A DNA stretch of 24,000 bases. Origin: an uncultured beta proteobacterium (lineage in GTDB: Bacteria > Pseudomonadota > Gammaproteobacteria > Burkholderiales > Casimicrobiaceae). Positions 1-8,007 of this stretch are shown one piece after another; the first letter of the stretch is position 1; each line of letters starts with the position of its first letter. Location of the stretch: assembly GCA_963809965.1 (NCBI GenBank), contig CAWELU010000018.1, forward strand, positions 28,789 through 52,788, written 5' to 3'. The notes below the pieces were generated by a model that was given only the letters and a program-made list of their open reading frames with translations, was not told the origin of the DNA and made no database searches. The translations under genes were made by a program, and so were the position numbers.

Positions 1-1
1 G

Positions 2-202
2 ACCGGGAAGATCGTCGCGCCGGACCTGTACATCGCGGTCGGCATTTCCGGTGCAATCCAGCATCTTGCAGGAATGAAGGACAGCAAGGTCATCGTCGCG
101 ATTAACAAGGATTCCGAAGCGCCGATCTTCCAGATCGCGGACTACGGACTTGTGGGCGATCTGTTCCAGATCCTTCCCGAGCTCACCGCCGCGATCGGTT
201 GA
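2..202 (+). CDS. etfA: Electron transfer flavoprotein alpha subunit, C-terminal end (start lies upstream of window)
   Basis: Frame 2 reads [66 protein letters not shown], the conserved FAD-binding C-terminus of EtfA. Stop TGA at 200-202. An acyl-CoA dehydrogenase follows, as is usual for etfBA loci. Confidence 0.85.
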   Translation, partial: TGKIVAPDLYIAVGISGAIQHLAGMKDSKVIVAINKDSEAPIFQIADYGLVGDLFQILPELTAAIG

Positions 203-344
203 ACCCAGGGCTCGCATTGCCACGGTTGGCTTGACCCAAGTCGCGCTCTACGACGAACACCCGATACCACCCTGGTCCTCATGTCCGCAGGATTCGACCG
301 GACCCGATATTCAAACTGTCACCACTACCTGATCCGATACTGCC

Positions 345-2147
345 ATGAGCCAATACCAAGCGCCTCTCGCCGAAATGCAGTTCGTGCTCTACGAGCTCGC
401 GGGCCTCGATCAGGTCGCGCAGTTGCCGGGTTACGAGGAAGCCACTCCGGACGTGGCCACGGCGATTCTCGAGGAGGCGTCGAAGTTCGCGACCAACGTG
501 CTCGATCCGCTGAACGTGGTCGGTGACCGCGAGGGTGTGCAATTGCAGGAGGACGGCACCGTCCGGACTCCCACCGGCTTCAAGGACGCCTACTGGCAAT
601 TCTGTGACAACGGCTGGAACGGGCTGACCAAGCATCCGGAATTCGGCGGCCAGGGATTGCCCCTGCTGCTCGGGAGCGCGGTCGAGGAGATGTGGCACGC
701 GTCGAACGTGGCGTTCACGCTGTGCGGAATGCTGACGCAGGGCGCGATCGAGTCGATCGAGCTTCCCGGCTCCGATGCGCTCAAGCGCAAGTTCCTGCCG
801 AATATGGTCGCGGGCAAATGGGCCGGCACGATGAATCTCACCGAGGCGCAGGCGGGCTCGGATCTCGCCGCGGTGCGCACGAAAGCGGTACCGCAGGGCG
901 ACGGCACGTACAAGATCTTCGGGAACAAGATCTTCATCACCTACGGCGACCACGACTACACCGAGAACATCATCCACCTCGTGCTCGCGCGCACGCCGGC
1001 CGCGCCCCAGGGTGTCAAGGGGATCTCGCTCTTCGTCGTGCCGAAGATCCTGGTCAACGACGACGGCAGTCTAGGTGCAAGAAATGACGTGAAGTGCGTC
1101 TCGCTCGAGCACAAGCTCGGCATCCACGCGAGCCCGACCGCGGTCCTCGCTTTCGGCGATAACGGTGGGGCGGTAGGCTACCTTGTCGGCGAGGAGACCC
1201 GCGGACTCGAGTACATGTTCATCATGATGAACCTCGCCCGGTTCTCGGTCGGGATGGAGGGCCTCGGAATTGCCGAGCGCGCCTACCAGCGCGCGGCGGC
1301 CTACGCCAAGGAGCGCGTGCAGGGCAGGGCGGTGGGCCTCGAGAAGGGCGCGCCGACGGGCGCGATCATCGAACACCCCGACATCCGCCGCATGTTGATG
1401 ACGATGCGCGCGAACGCGGAGGCAATGCGCGCCGTCGCCTACGTCACCGCCGCCGCAATGGACAACGCTTTCCGGCATCCGGACGGGGAGGCGCGCAAGC
1501 GGCACCAGGCGTTCGTCGATTTCATGATTCCGATCGTCAAGGGATGGTCTACGGAGAACGCGCAGAAGATCACCTCCCTCGGCGTCCAGGTGCACGGCGG
1601 GATGGGGTTCATCGAGGAAACGGGCGCCGCGCAGTACTACCGCGATTCCCGGATCATGACCATCTACGAGGGAACGACCGGCATCCAGGCGAATGATTTT
1701 ATCGGCCGCAAGACGGCCCGTGACGGCGGTGCCATTGCGCGAATCGTGGCGGGCGAGATGGAGAAGGTAGCGCTGGAACTCGCGAGCAATGCCGACGCCA
1801 ATCTCAAGGCGATCGGCGCGCGACTCACCGAGGGCGTCGCCGCGGCGCGCGCGGCGGCCACGTGGCTAGTGCCGGCGTATGCCGCGCAGCCGCGGGTTGC
1901 GCACGCAGTGGCGGTGCCCTATCTCGAGCTGTGGGGCATCGTCGCCGGCGGCTGGCAGCTTGGTCGCGGGGCGCTCATCGCCGCGTTGCACCTGCGCGAG
2001 GGCACCGGCGATGCGCGATTCCTTACCGCGAAGATCCATACTGCGCGCTTCTACGCCGACAGCGTGCTGCCGCACGCGGCAGCGATTGCGCGCTCGATCA
2101 CCGAGGGCGGCGAAGCTGCGCTGGCGTTGGCCGCTGAGCAGTTCTAG
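345..2147 (+). CDS. Acyl-CoA dehydrogenase, long (~600 aa) FadE-like type with C-terminal extension
   Basis: Uninterrupted 600-aa ORF. It has acyl-CoA dehydrogenase motifs (TMNLTEAQAGSDL, IFITYGDHD, QVHGGMGFIEETGAAQYYRDSRIMTIYEGTTGIQANDFIGRK) and an extra ~150-aa C-terminal domain. It lies directly downstream of etfA. Confidence 0.9.
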   Translation: MSQYQAPLAEMQFVLYELAGLDQVAQLPGYEEATPDVATAILEEASKFATNVLDPLNVVGDREGVQLQEDGTVRTPTGFKDAYWQFCDNGWNGLTKHPEFGGQGLPLLLGSAVEEMWHASNVAFTLCGMLTQGAIESIELPGSDALKRKFLPNMVAGKWAGTMNLTEAQAGSDLAAVRTKAVPQGDGTYKIFGNKIFITYGDHDYTENIIHLVLARTPAAPQGVKGISLFVVPKILVNDDGSLGARNDVKCVSLEHKLGIHASPTAVLAFGDNGGAVGYLVGEETRGLEYMFIMMNLARFSVGMEGLGIAERAYQRAAAYAKERVQGRAVGLEKGAPTGAIIEHPDIRRMLMTMRANAEAMRAVAYVTAAAMDNAFRHPDGEARKRHQAFVDFMIPIVKGWSTENAQKITSLGVQVHGGMGFIEETGAAQYYRDSRIMTIYEGTTGIQANDFIGRKTARDGGAIARIVAGEMEKVALELASNADANLKAIGARLTEGVAAARAAATWLVPAYAAQPRVAHAVAVPYLELWGIVAGGWQLGRGALIAALHLREGTGDARFLTAKIHTARFYADSVLPHAAAIARSITEGGEAALALAAEQF

Positions 2148-2261
2148 GTTCGGGTTACTTCGTGACCTGCCCGACTTTTTCGAACGGCTAATTTCTGGAA
2201 AGATGGCTCTTCGACGTGAAGGAAGAGCCGATGAGAAAGAGCCGATTCACCGACGAACAGA

Positions 2262-3684
2262 GGTGAGGTCCTAGACTTGCTGGAAATTTGAGGTGGGATG
2301 CATCCTTCGGTTTGAACGTTTGGCGGCGCTCAGATCGGACAACCAAAGGGGCATCCCAATGGCAAGGGTACCGGCGTCGGAGACAGACGCGCAAACGGAT
2401 CGAAGCGACGATCAGCGGCGAGAGCGAAGGCATCGAAAAGGAGCGAGCTCGTGCGCGCGGCCGCGCGTTTGATCGTCGAGGAGGCGCTTGAGGAGGAGGT
2501 GAGCGACGCGCTCGGAGCGGGACTATCTACGAGCACGGGGCGAATCTACGAGCACGGTGAAGTCGGGTAGCGGCTATCGCAATGGCTACCGGCTGGGCGA
2601 CTGACGACCGGCCGAGGGGGCAATCGAGTATGCGGTGCCGCAGGTTGCCGATCGGGCTGAGCCATTTCGCTCGAAGATCCGCGCAGTGATCAGCGGGCGC
2701 TCTGAGGAGCTGGAACGGCTGGCGGTCGAGATGTATGCGCGCGGGCTGTCGACGCGCGATATCGAGGCGGCGTTTCGCGACGAGACGGGCATCGGTGCTG
2801 TCCGCGCTCGGCGGTCTCGGCGCTGACCGAGCGGCTGTGGGCGGACTACCTGGCGTTTGCGGCGCGCGATCTGGCCGAGTTCGAAGTGATCTACTTGTTT
2901 GTCGACGGGATTGCCGAGCGGCTGCATCTGGGACAGCCGCGAGAGGCGGTGCTCGCCGGTTGGGGCTTCGCCGCCGAAGGCAAGAAGGTGCTGCTCGGGC
3001 TGTCGCCGGGGACCAAAGAGGACACGGCGAGCTGTCGGGACTTCCTGCGCGATTTGAAGAATCGAAACTTGAGCGATCCGCTGCTCGTCAGCAGCGATGG
3101 CGCTCCCGGCCTGATTCGCGCACTGGAGGAAGCGTGTCCGCGCTCGCTGCGGCAACGATGCCTGGCGCACAAGATGCGCAACCTCGAGGCCAAGGTGCCA
3201 ATGGAGAAGTGGCCGGAGGTGAAATCGGCGGCCTGGAGCGCGTACACGGCGGCCAGTCCGAAGCTCGCCGAGCTGTTGCGCGACGAATTCGTGCGCACCT
3301 ACGAGCGCGAGCTGCCGGCGGCCACGGCGTGTTTCCTGGACGACTTCGCCGCCTGCATCGCGCATCTGAAGCTGCCCCTTACGCATCGCAACGCGACCCG
3401 AACGACCAAATCTATGGAGCGGCTGTTCGGTGAGGAGCGCCGGCGCTCGAAGGTGATCCCCCCATGCATTCAGCGAACGCGCGGTAATGAGGTTGATGTT
3501 CGCCGCATTGCTGCGCGCTTCGGAATCCTGGCGCGGTATTCGCATCACCGAGTTCGAGGTGCGGCAACTGAACTTGCTACGCCACGAATTGAACGAGCAA
3601 CTCGGCGCACGCAAATGCGCCCGTTTCTCAGCCGATCAATCCCGCATCGCACTCTCGAATTTCCAGCGGCCAGGGGACTTGCCC
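2262..3684 (+). mobile_element. IS256-family element (copy 1) inserted into IS3 orfA
   Basis: Imperfect ~31-bp terminal inverted repeats: ggtgaggtcctagacttGCTGGAAATTtGAG at 2262, against the reverse complement of 3654-3684, gggcaagtcccctggccGCTGGAAATTcGAG. About 20 of 31 positions match without gaps. An 8-bp flanking direct repeat is present: CGAACAGA at 2254-2261 and CAAACAGA at 3685-3692 (7/8). The 1423-bp size and Mutator-type transposase are typical of IS256. Confidence 0.8.
2288..3684 (+). pseudogene. IS256-family (Mutator-type) transposase, reading frame broken several times
   Basis: Homologous pieces lie in three frames. They read RKRIEATISGESEGIEKE / VRAAARLIVEEALEEEVSDALG / GYRNGYRLGRLTT.EGAIEYAVPQVADRAEPFRSKIRAVISGRSEELERLAVEMYARGLSTRDIEAAFRDETG / TERLWADYLAFAARDLAEFEVIYLFVDGIAERLHLGQPREAVLAGWGF..GKKVLLGL...DGAPGLIRALEEACPRSLRQRCLAHKMRNL / MRLMFAALLRASESWRGIRITEFEVRQL. 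A 19-bp tandem duplication at 2525-2562 adds one of the breaks. Confidence 0.8.
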
Positions 3685-4169
3685 CAAACAGATGGTGGCT
3701 CACCTGCGCGAGGCAGACCGAACCTCGGTCGACGAGCCCGCCAGGAAGAGCAAGGTCAACGAGCAAACTATCTACGCCTGGCGTAAGCACTTCGGGCAGC
3801 TGGAGCCTGCCGATGTGAAGCGGCTCAAGGCCTTGACTCTGGAGAACGCGAAGCTCAAGAAGCTGCTCGCCGAACGTGACCTCGAGATCGAGGTGATGAA
3901 GGACATCAATCGAAAAAATGGTGAGCCCGCAGGATCGCCGCGAGCAGTGCACCTAAGCTTACGGGCGAGGCATTCCGAAGCAACGCGCCTGCGGGCCGAA
4001 CGGCATGGCCCGCTCCACCCTGTCGTACGAGCTGCGGCAGCCGGCGAAGGACGCCCCGGTGCTCGCGGCGGTGCGCCGCCTGTGATCGCAGTACCCACGC
4101 TATGGCTATCGCTGGATTCGGATCTTCCTGTGCCGCGAAGATTTGGCAAGGAGCGCCTCACGGGCCGAG

Positions 4170-4399
4170 TGACCCTGCCTCGATTTGACGTACACCAGGC
4201 TACGCAGCCATGAGGCTGGATTCTACGTGCGCCGGGGTCCGGTACCCGATCGACGAATGCAAGCGTCGATGATTGTAGAAGCCTTCGATCCAGTCAACGA
4301 TGTCGAGTCGCGCCTGGGCGCGGGTTTCGTAGCGGAGCTGATAGATGCGCTCGACCTTCAGGGTCTTGAAGAAGCTCTCCATCGGTGCCGCCTCAATCG
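4170..4399 (-). mobile_element. IS3-family copy B: right terminus plus the last ~61 codons of orfB (inverted relative to copy A)
   Basis: The + strand reads TGACCCTGCCTCGATTTGACG from 4170 (an IS3-type terminus facing inward). The minus strand 4385->4200 encodes PMESFFKTLKVERIYQLRYETRAQARLDIVDWIEGFYNHRRLHSSIGYRTPAHVESSLMAA*, the typical C-terminus of an IS3 integrase-core OrfB. Confidence 0.7.
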
Positions 4400-4796
4400 C
4401 GGGGGCCTCCACTACGCCCGACTGCAGCTTCGGGATCGCCGTGGCCTCGCCCGACAGGACGGCGCGCGCGGCATTCTCGGCATCCGTCGGGTCGGACTTC
4501 CCTCTGAGGCGTCGCTTCGACCGATCCGCCCGATTGACTTCCAGAACTTCGATGCCGGCGTCGCGCAGAACGCGCGCGAGCCCAGCACCGTAGGTTCCCG
4601 TTCCTTCAACGCCAGCTCGTGTGCACGCTCCGAATGAACGGCTCCACTGAAGAAGCTGCTGGTACCCGTGGAGTCCAGCCGGTGCAATCAAGGTCCCAAG
4701 AACCTTACCGACACCGTCAATCACGACACCCACATGGGCGTCGAGGTGAGTATCGACTCCAAGAATGACTTCTCGCCCTTCTTTCGACTGTGCCAT
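4400..4796 (-). pseudogene. IS110-family (DEDD) transposase, N-terminal ~130 codons only, fused in frame to the IS3 orfB tail
   Basis: MAQSKEGREVILGVDTHLDAHVGVVIDGVGKVLGTL...GYQQLLQWSRSFGACTRAGVEGTGTYGAGLARVLRDAGIEVLEVNRADRSKRRLRGKSDPTDAENAARAVLSGEATAIPK matches the IS110 N-terminal RuvC-like domain. A GAGGAG Shine-Dalgarno sequence precedes the ATG at 4796. The C-terminal half is absent. Confidence 0.7.
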
Positions 4797-4935
4797 GAGA
4801 TTCTCCTCGAGTGAGCTTGGCTCGTCTCGCCGATCCCAGCCGCAGGACAGGACACTCACGGTGCAGCGCAAAGCTCCTATCAGGTCACTGACGCCGGGCC
4901 CGGCAACGCACGGGTGGTCGGCGACAATTATCTTG

Positions 4936-6838
4936 GCCGGCGTATTGCCTCACCAGAAAATGTTACTCCAGGGTGGTTGTCGCGTGTTTTGTCTTTCAAC
5001 AACGCTTTTCCCGCCGCGATGTGCAGGATTTGTCGTCGAATCCGATGTCGTTGTTGGTCTGCGTTGCACGACGCGTGCGCTCGATCGCAATCGACACGCG
5101 GGTGCGATGCGATGCGCATGGACGTTTTGCGGTGATGGTTGATGCCAAGGCGGGCGAACAAATCGCGTGTAGGCCGTTCTAGACGCCCCGATCTGGTGCA
5201 TGAGCGCCAAGAGGGCGACGATTCGTCCCATGCTGCTCGATTTCAATGCGCGCTCCTGTTCGCGTTCGCGTGAAGTTCGGTGGGCCGCAGCGTTCCGAAA
5301 ATAAGTTGCTTGGTCTGTTCGCTGCGCCACGCTTTCACTCGTCGCTGCAGCGTGCATAGCTGCGCCGTCGTCGAGTAGACATCGGGCATCATCGCAGCAA
5401 GCCGATGCATCAATTCTTTCGCACTCACCCCGGGATCGCTCTGCAGCCATTGCTCGACGGTGGGCCAAGTATGTTCAAACGGATCTGCGCGGCTTCGCCA
5501 CCAACGCGGCGCGGTCGCCCGACGCCGATGCGTCGGTCGCGATTCGCCGCTCTTCCAGGCGGTAGCAAGGCCGCGTACGAAGGCGTCGATATCATGCCCA
5601 TCCCCCGGTATCTGGCTAGGCGCGGAGCCGGTGGTCGCGAAGGCTGCCAGTTGCTCTTGCGCTATTCGGATTTCATGCAGCAGCGCCACCGGATCGAGGT
5701 TCGAGCATAGTTGCCGCAATTGCGCCGCGCCCGCGTCGTCGAGGCAGCCCGAAGCCAGCAGCCGCTCGCATGGCGTCGCCGGAGCCGAGTAGCGTTTGGT
5801 CACACGGGAACCCTCGCGGATCTTTGCGATGAGCTTGAACGACGGCTGAAAGAAGTTCACGTACAGTCGCGTAACGGCATAGAGCCGCGCCAGCGCCGCG
5901 GTGGCTTCCCGTCCCTGCAGTCGCCCATAGCCCACCAGACGGCGCACTACCGATCCATTCTTCTGCTCCACCCAAGCCTGGTCGTTCTTGCGATAGGGGC
6001 GCGAGCGCGTGAACTGCAAATCGTGGGCCCGGCAATAGTCGACTACCGTATCGTTGATGAACGCGCTGTCGTTGTCACCGTTGACCCCGTGCAGCGGGAA
6101 TGGCAGCTCAGCGCGTACGTGGGCAAAGCCCTCGATCACCAGGGTCTGTTCCCGCGCCGGCAGGGCGACGCATTCGGTCCAACCCGAGGCCACATCGGTG
6201 AGTACCAGGCTGTGCACGAACGTCCCTTCGGCCACCCCGCCACAATGCTCGACAAAGTCTATCTCGAAGAAACCCGGCTTGACGTCCTTCCAGTCGGCAA
6301 AGGTGCGGATCGGAATGCTCTTGCGCAGCGCGGAGTTGATCGCGCCCCGGTGCCGGCGACCAGCGAACCCTTCCCGACGCGTGGACTCGAGCAGGCGGTC
6401 AATGGTTGCCGTACTCATCGCCAACAAACGCTGCCGCACGCCGGCGTCCAGCGCGAGATGCCCATGGCGTTCCATCGCCCCGATCAGCAGCGGCTGCGCC
6501 GCCTTGAGTCGTTTGCTGCAAATCCGGTCAGCCGCTTCCCACAGAATGATCAGCGCCTGCCGAACCGCCTCGTCGTAGACACGCTCACGCGGTCGCCTCT
6601 CCGTCCGCTTGGCCGCATTGCCATTCAACACGCGAATCGCGTGCTTTCGGTGATACCCGGTAAGCCGCACGAATTCCTCGAGGATCTTCGGCTTCTCCTT
6701 GCCGCTGCTCGCACGATAGCGCTGGCCCACTCCTTCGATCAATTCCTTGCGCGTCGCCATGCTCAGTCGCCTCCGCATTTGGTGCCCCCGGCGTCCGTTC
6801 CGACGGGTAGCAAAATACGTGAGGCACGGCCCGACCCT
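4936..6838 (-). mobile_element. Putative IS carrying the 511-aa transposase; ends tentative
   Basis: The motif GTAGCAAAATACGTGAGGCA (6807-6826) lies upstream of the transposase start. An inverted, imperfect copy lies at ~4939-4966 (reverse complement GTAACATTTTCTGGTGAGGCA). A third direct copy at 7991-8010 suggests the true outer end lies beyond the IS630 insertion. Confidence 0.4.
5243..6778 (-). CDS. DDE transposase with N-terminal HTH and central rve/integrase-core domain (ISNCY/IS481-like; family not resolved), apparently intact
   Basis: 511-aa ORF (505 aa from the second ATG at 6760, which is preceded by GGAGG). N-terminus: MATRKELIEGVGQRYRASSGKEKPKILEEFVRLTGYHRKHAIRVL. Candidate DD35E triad: FFEIDFVEH, GVNGDNDSAFIN, and 35 residues further AWVEQKNG. 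Confidence 0.8.
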   Translation of the reverse strand: MRRRLSMATRKELIEGVGQRYRASSGKEKPKILEEFVRLTGYHRKHAIRVLNGNAAKRTERRPRERVYDEAVRQALIILWEAADRICSKRLKAAQPLLIGAMERHGHLALDAGVRQRLLAMSTATIDRLLESTRREGFAGRRHRGAINSALRKSIPIRTFADWKDVKPGFFEIDFVEHCGGVAEGTFVHSLVLTDVASGWTECVALPAREQTLVIEGFAHVRAELPFPLHGVNGDNDSAFINDTVVDYCRAHDLQFTRSRPYRKNDQAWVEQKNGSVVRRLVGYGRLQGREATAALARLYAVTRLYVNFFQPSFKLIAKIREGSRVTKRYSAPATPCERLLASGCLDDAGAAQLRQLCSNLDPVALLHEIRIAQEQLAAFATTGSAPSQIPGDGHDIDAFVRGLATAWKSGESRPTHRRRATAPRWWRSRADPFEHTWPTVEQWLQSDPGVSAKELMHRLAAMMPDVYSTTAQLCTLQRRVKAWRSEQTKQLIFGTLRPTELHANANRSAH

Positions 6839-6839
6839 A

Positions 6840-7988
6840 GTGCTTACCCAACTTAATATGCCTAGGATGTGGTATCCTGCCGTACCTGTCGAGCGCCAGG
6901 AGGTGCAGGATGCCCCGATCGCTGCAGCTGCGTTCGCTCTCGCGGTCCGAGCGGCGTGTGCTGGACCGCAAGCTCAAGGATCTGTCGCTGGCAGCACGCG
7001 TCCACCAGCGATACCGGGCGATCGCCGAAGTCGCCAAAGGATGGACCATTCTCGAAGCGGCCGACCGCGTTGGCTGCCACTTCACGGTGGCATACGACTG
7101 GGTCCACCGCTTCAACGACAGCGGTTTTGCGACCTTCGAGCAGGTGGCCAACCCCAAAGGCCGGCCGGCGATCTTGCGCGCGGAGCAATTGCGCGACCTG
7201 GTCGAGGTGGCGCTGTCCAATCCCAGCGAACGGGGACTGCCGTTTTCCAATTGGTCGGTGCCGAAGCTGGCCGAGTACTGTCGCGGCAAGGGGTTGCTGC
7301 CAGAGGTGACCGATGAATGGGTCCGCCGACTGTTGCGGCGTGAAGGGCTCAGCGCCCAACGCATCCGGACTTGGAAGACCTCGAACGATCCGCGCTTCGA
7401 CGCTAAAAAAAACGCATCCGCCGCCTCTACCGCACCTGTCCGCCGCGCGCCGCGGTAGTGTGCTTCGACGAATGGGGACCGCTCGAGCTGCGCCCCATCG
7501 GCGGGGTAGCCTGGGCCAGGCGCAAGCACCCCGTGCGGCAGCGGGCGACGTACCGCCGCTTGCAGGGCACCGAGCAGTTCTTGGGCTTCTACGACGTGCA
7601 CGCCGACTGCTTGGAGGGACTGTTCTCCAAACACAAGCGCGTGGTCGACATCTGCCAAGCCTTCAAACGCTTGCGCGCGTGCTACCCGCGCCGGCCCCTG
7701 TACGTCATCTTGGATAACCTGCACAACGTCCACGACCACCCTACGGTACTCACCCTCATGCGCACACTGCACATCCATCCAGTGTGGACACCGACCGAGG
7801 CTTCGTGGCTGAACTTGATCGAGCCCCAGTTCGGCGTCCTCAAGCGCTTCACCGTCGCCAATACCGACGATTCCGCACACGTGGTCCGGCGGCGGCGGAT
7901 CTATCGCTACCTGCGCTACCGGCACCAGAAAGTCGGAACCGAAGATCATCCGCTACGCCGTATTAGGATGGTTAAGTTGGAACAGCAC
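6840..7988 (+). mobile_element. IS630-family element, complete, with TA target duplication
   Basis: Terminal inverted repeats: GTGCTTACCCAACTTAATATGCCTA at 6840, against the reverse complement of the right end, GTGCTGTTCCAACTTAACCATCCTA. TA is present at 6838-6839 and at 7989-7990. The 1149-bp size is typical. Confidence 0.85.
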
Positions 7989-7991
7989 TAG
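6910..7991 (+). CDS. IS630-family DD35E transposase in two overlapping frames (6910-7458 and 7458-7991), joined by a -1 shift in an A8 run
   Basis: The upstream frame holds the HTH region (...GWTILEAADRVGCHFTVAYDWVHRFNDSGFATFE...). Reading -1 from the run aaaaaaaa at 7405-7412 gives FDAKKKRIRRLYRTCPPRAAVVCFDEWGPLE..., continuous with the catalytic part (VCFDEWG, YVILDNLHNVHD, SWLNLIEPQF with D-35-E spacing). Confidence 0.8.
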
Positions 7992-8007
7992 TAGCAAAAA
8001 TCATGAG

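Larger units (their letters stand above)
2163..4169 (+). mobile_element. IS3-family (IS407-like) element, copy A: left IR, orfA and the 5' part of orfB. Split by an IS256-family insertion and truncated at 4169 by another IS3 end.
   Basis: Terminal TGACCTGCC starts at 2163, 16 bp after the dehydrogenase stop. The orfA ATG is at 2231 (MRKSRFTDEQ) and resumes at 3693 (MVAHLREADRTSVDE...IYAWRKHFGQLEPADVKRLKALTLENAKLKKLLAERDLEIEVMKD). The A-rich shift site cgaaaaaatgg lies near 3911. The orfB frame reads MVSPQDRREQ...MARSTLSYELRQPAKDAPVLAAVRRL.SQYPRYGYRWIRIFL with in-frame TAA and TGA stops. Confidence 0.75.
2231..4169 (+). pseudogene. IS3-family transposase OrfA/OrfB, interrupted after nt 31 of orfA; the orfB part carries premature stops and lacks its catalytic core
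   Basis: See the IS3 copy A feature. Joining 2231-2261 to 3693 onward restores a typical IS3 OrfA N-terminus in frame. The orfB frame has stops and ends at the inserted IS3 terminus at 4170. Confidence 0.7.

Noticed and set aside
279-977. 232-aa ORF on the minus strand (and other 100-170-aa ORFs between 590 and 2137)
   Set aside because: These lie antisense or out of frame within the strongly supported 600-aa acyl-CoA dehydrogenase gene. They have no recognisable motifs and Arg/Ala/Gly-rich composition, typical of shadow ORFs in high-GC DNA.
2586-3614. 342-aa ORF on the minus strand
   Set aside because: Antisense to the IS256-family transposase pseudogene, with no similarity to any family I recognise. 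It is a high-GC shadow ORF.
6837-7949. 370-aa ORF on the minus strand, and the overlapping 6862-7359 and 6869-7309 ORFs
   Set aside because: Antisense or alternative frames of the IS630 transposase, whose own frames carry the HTH and DD35E motifs.
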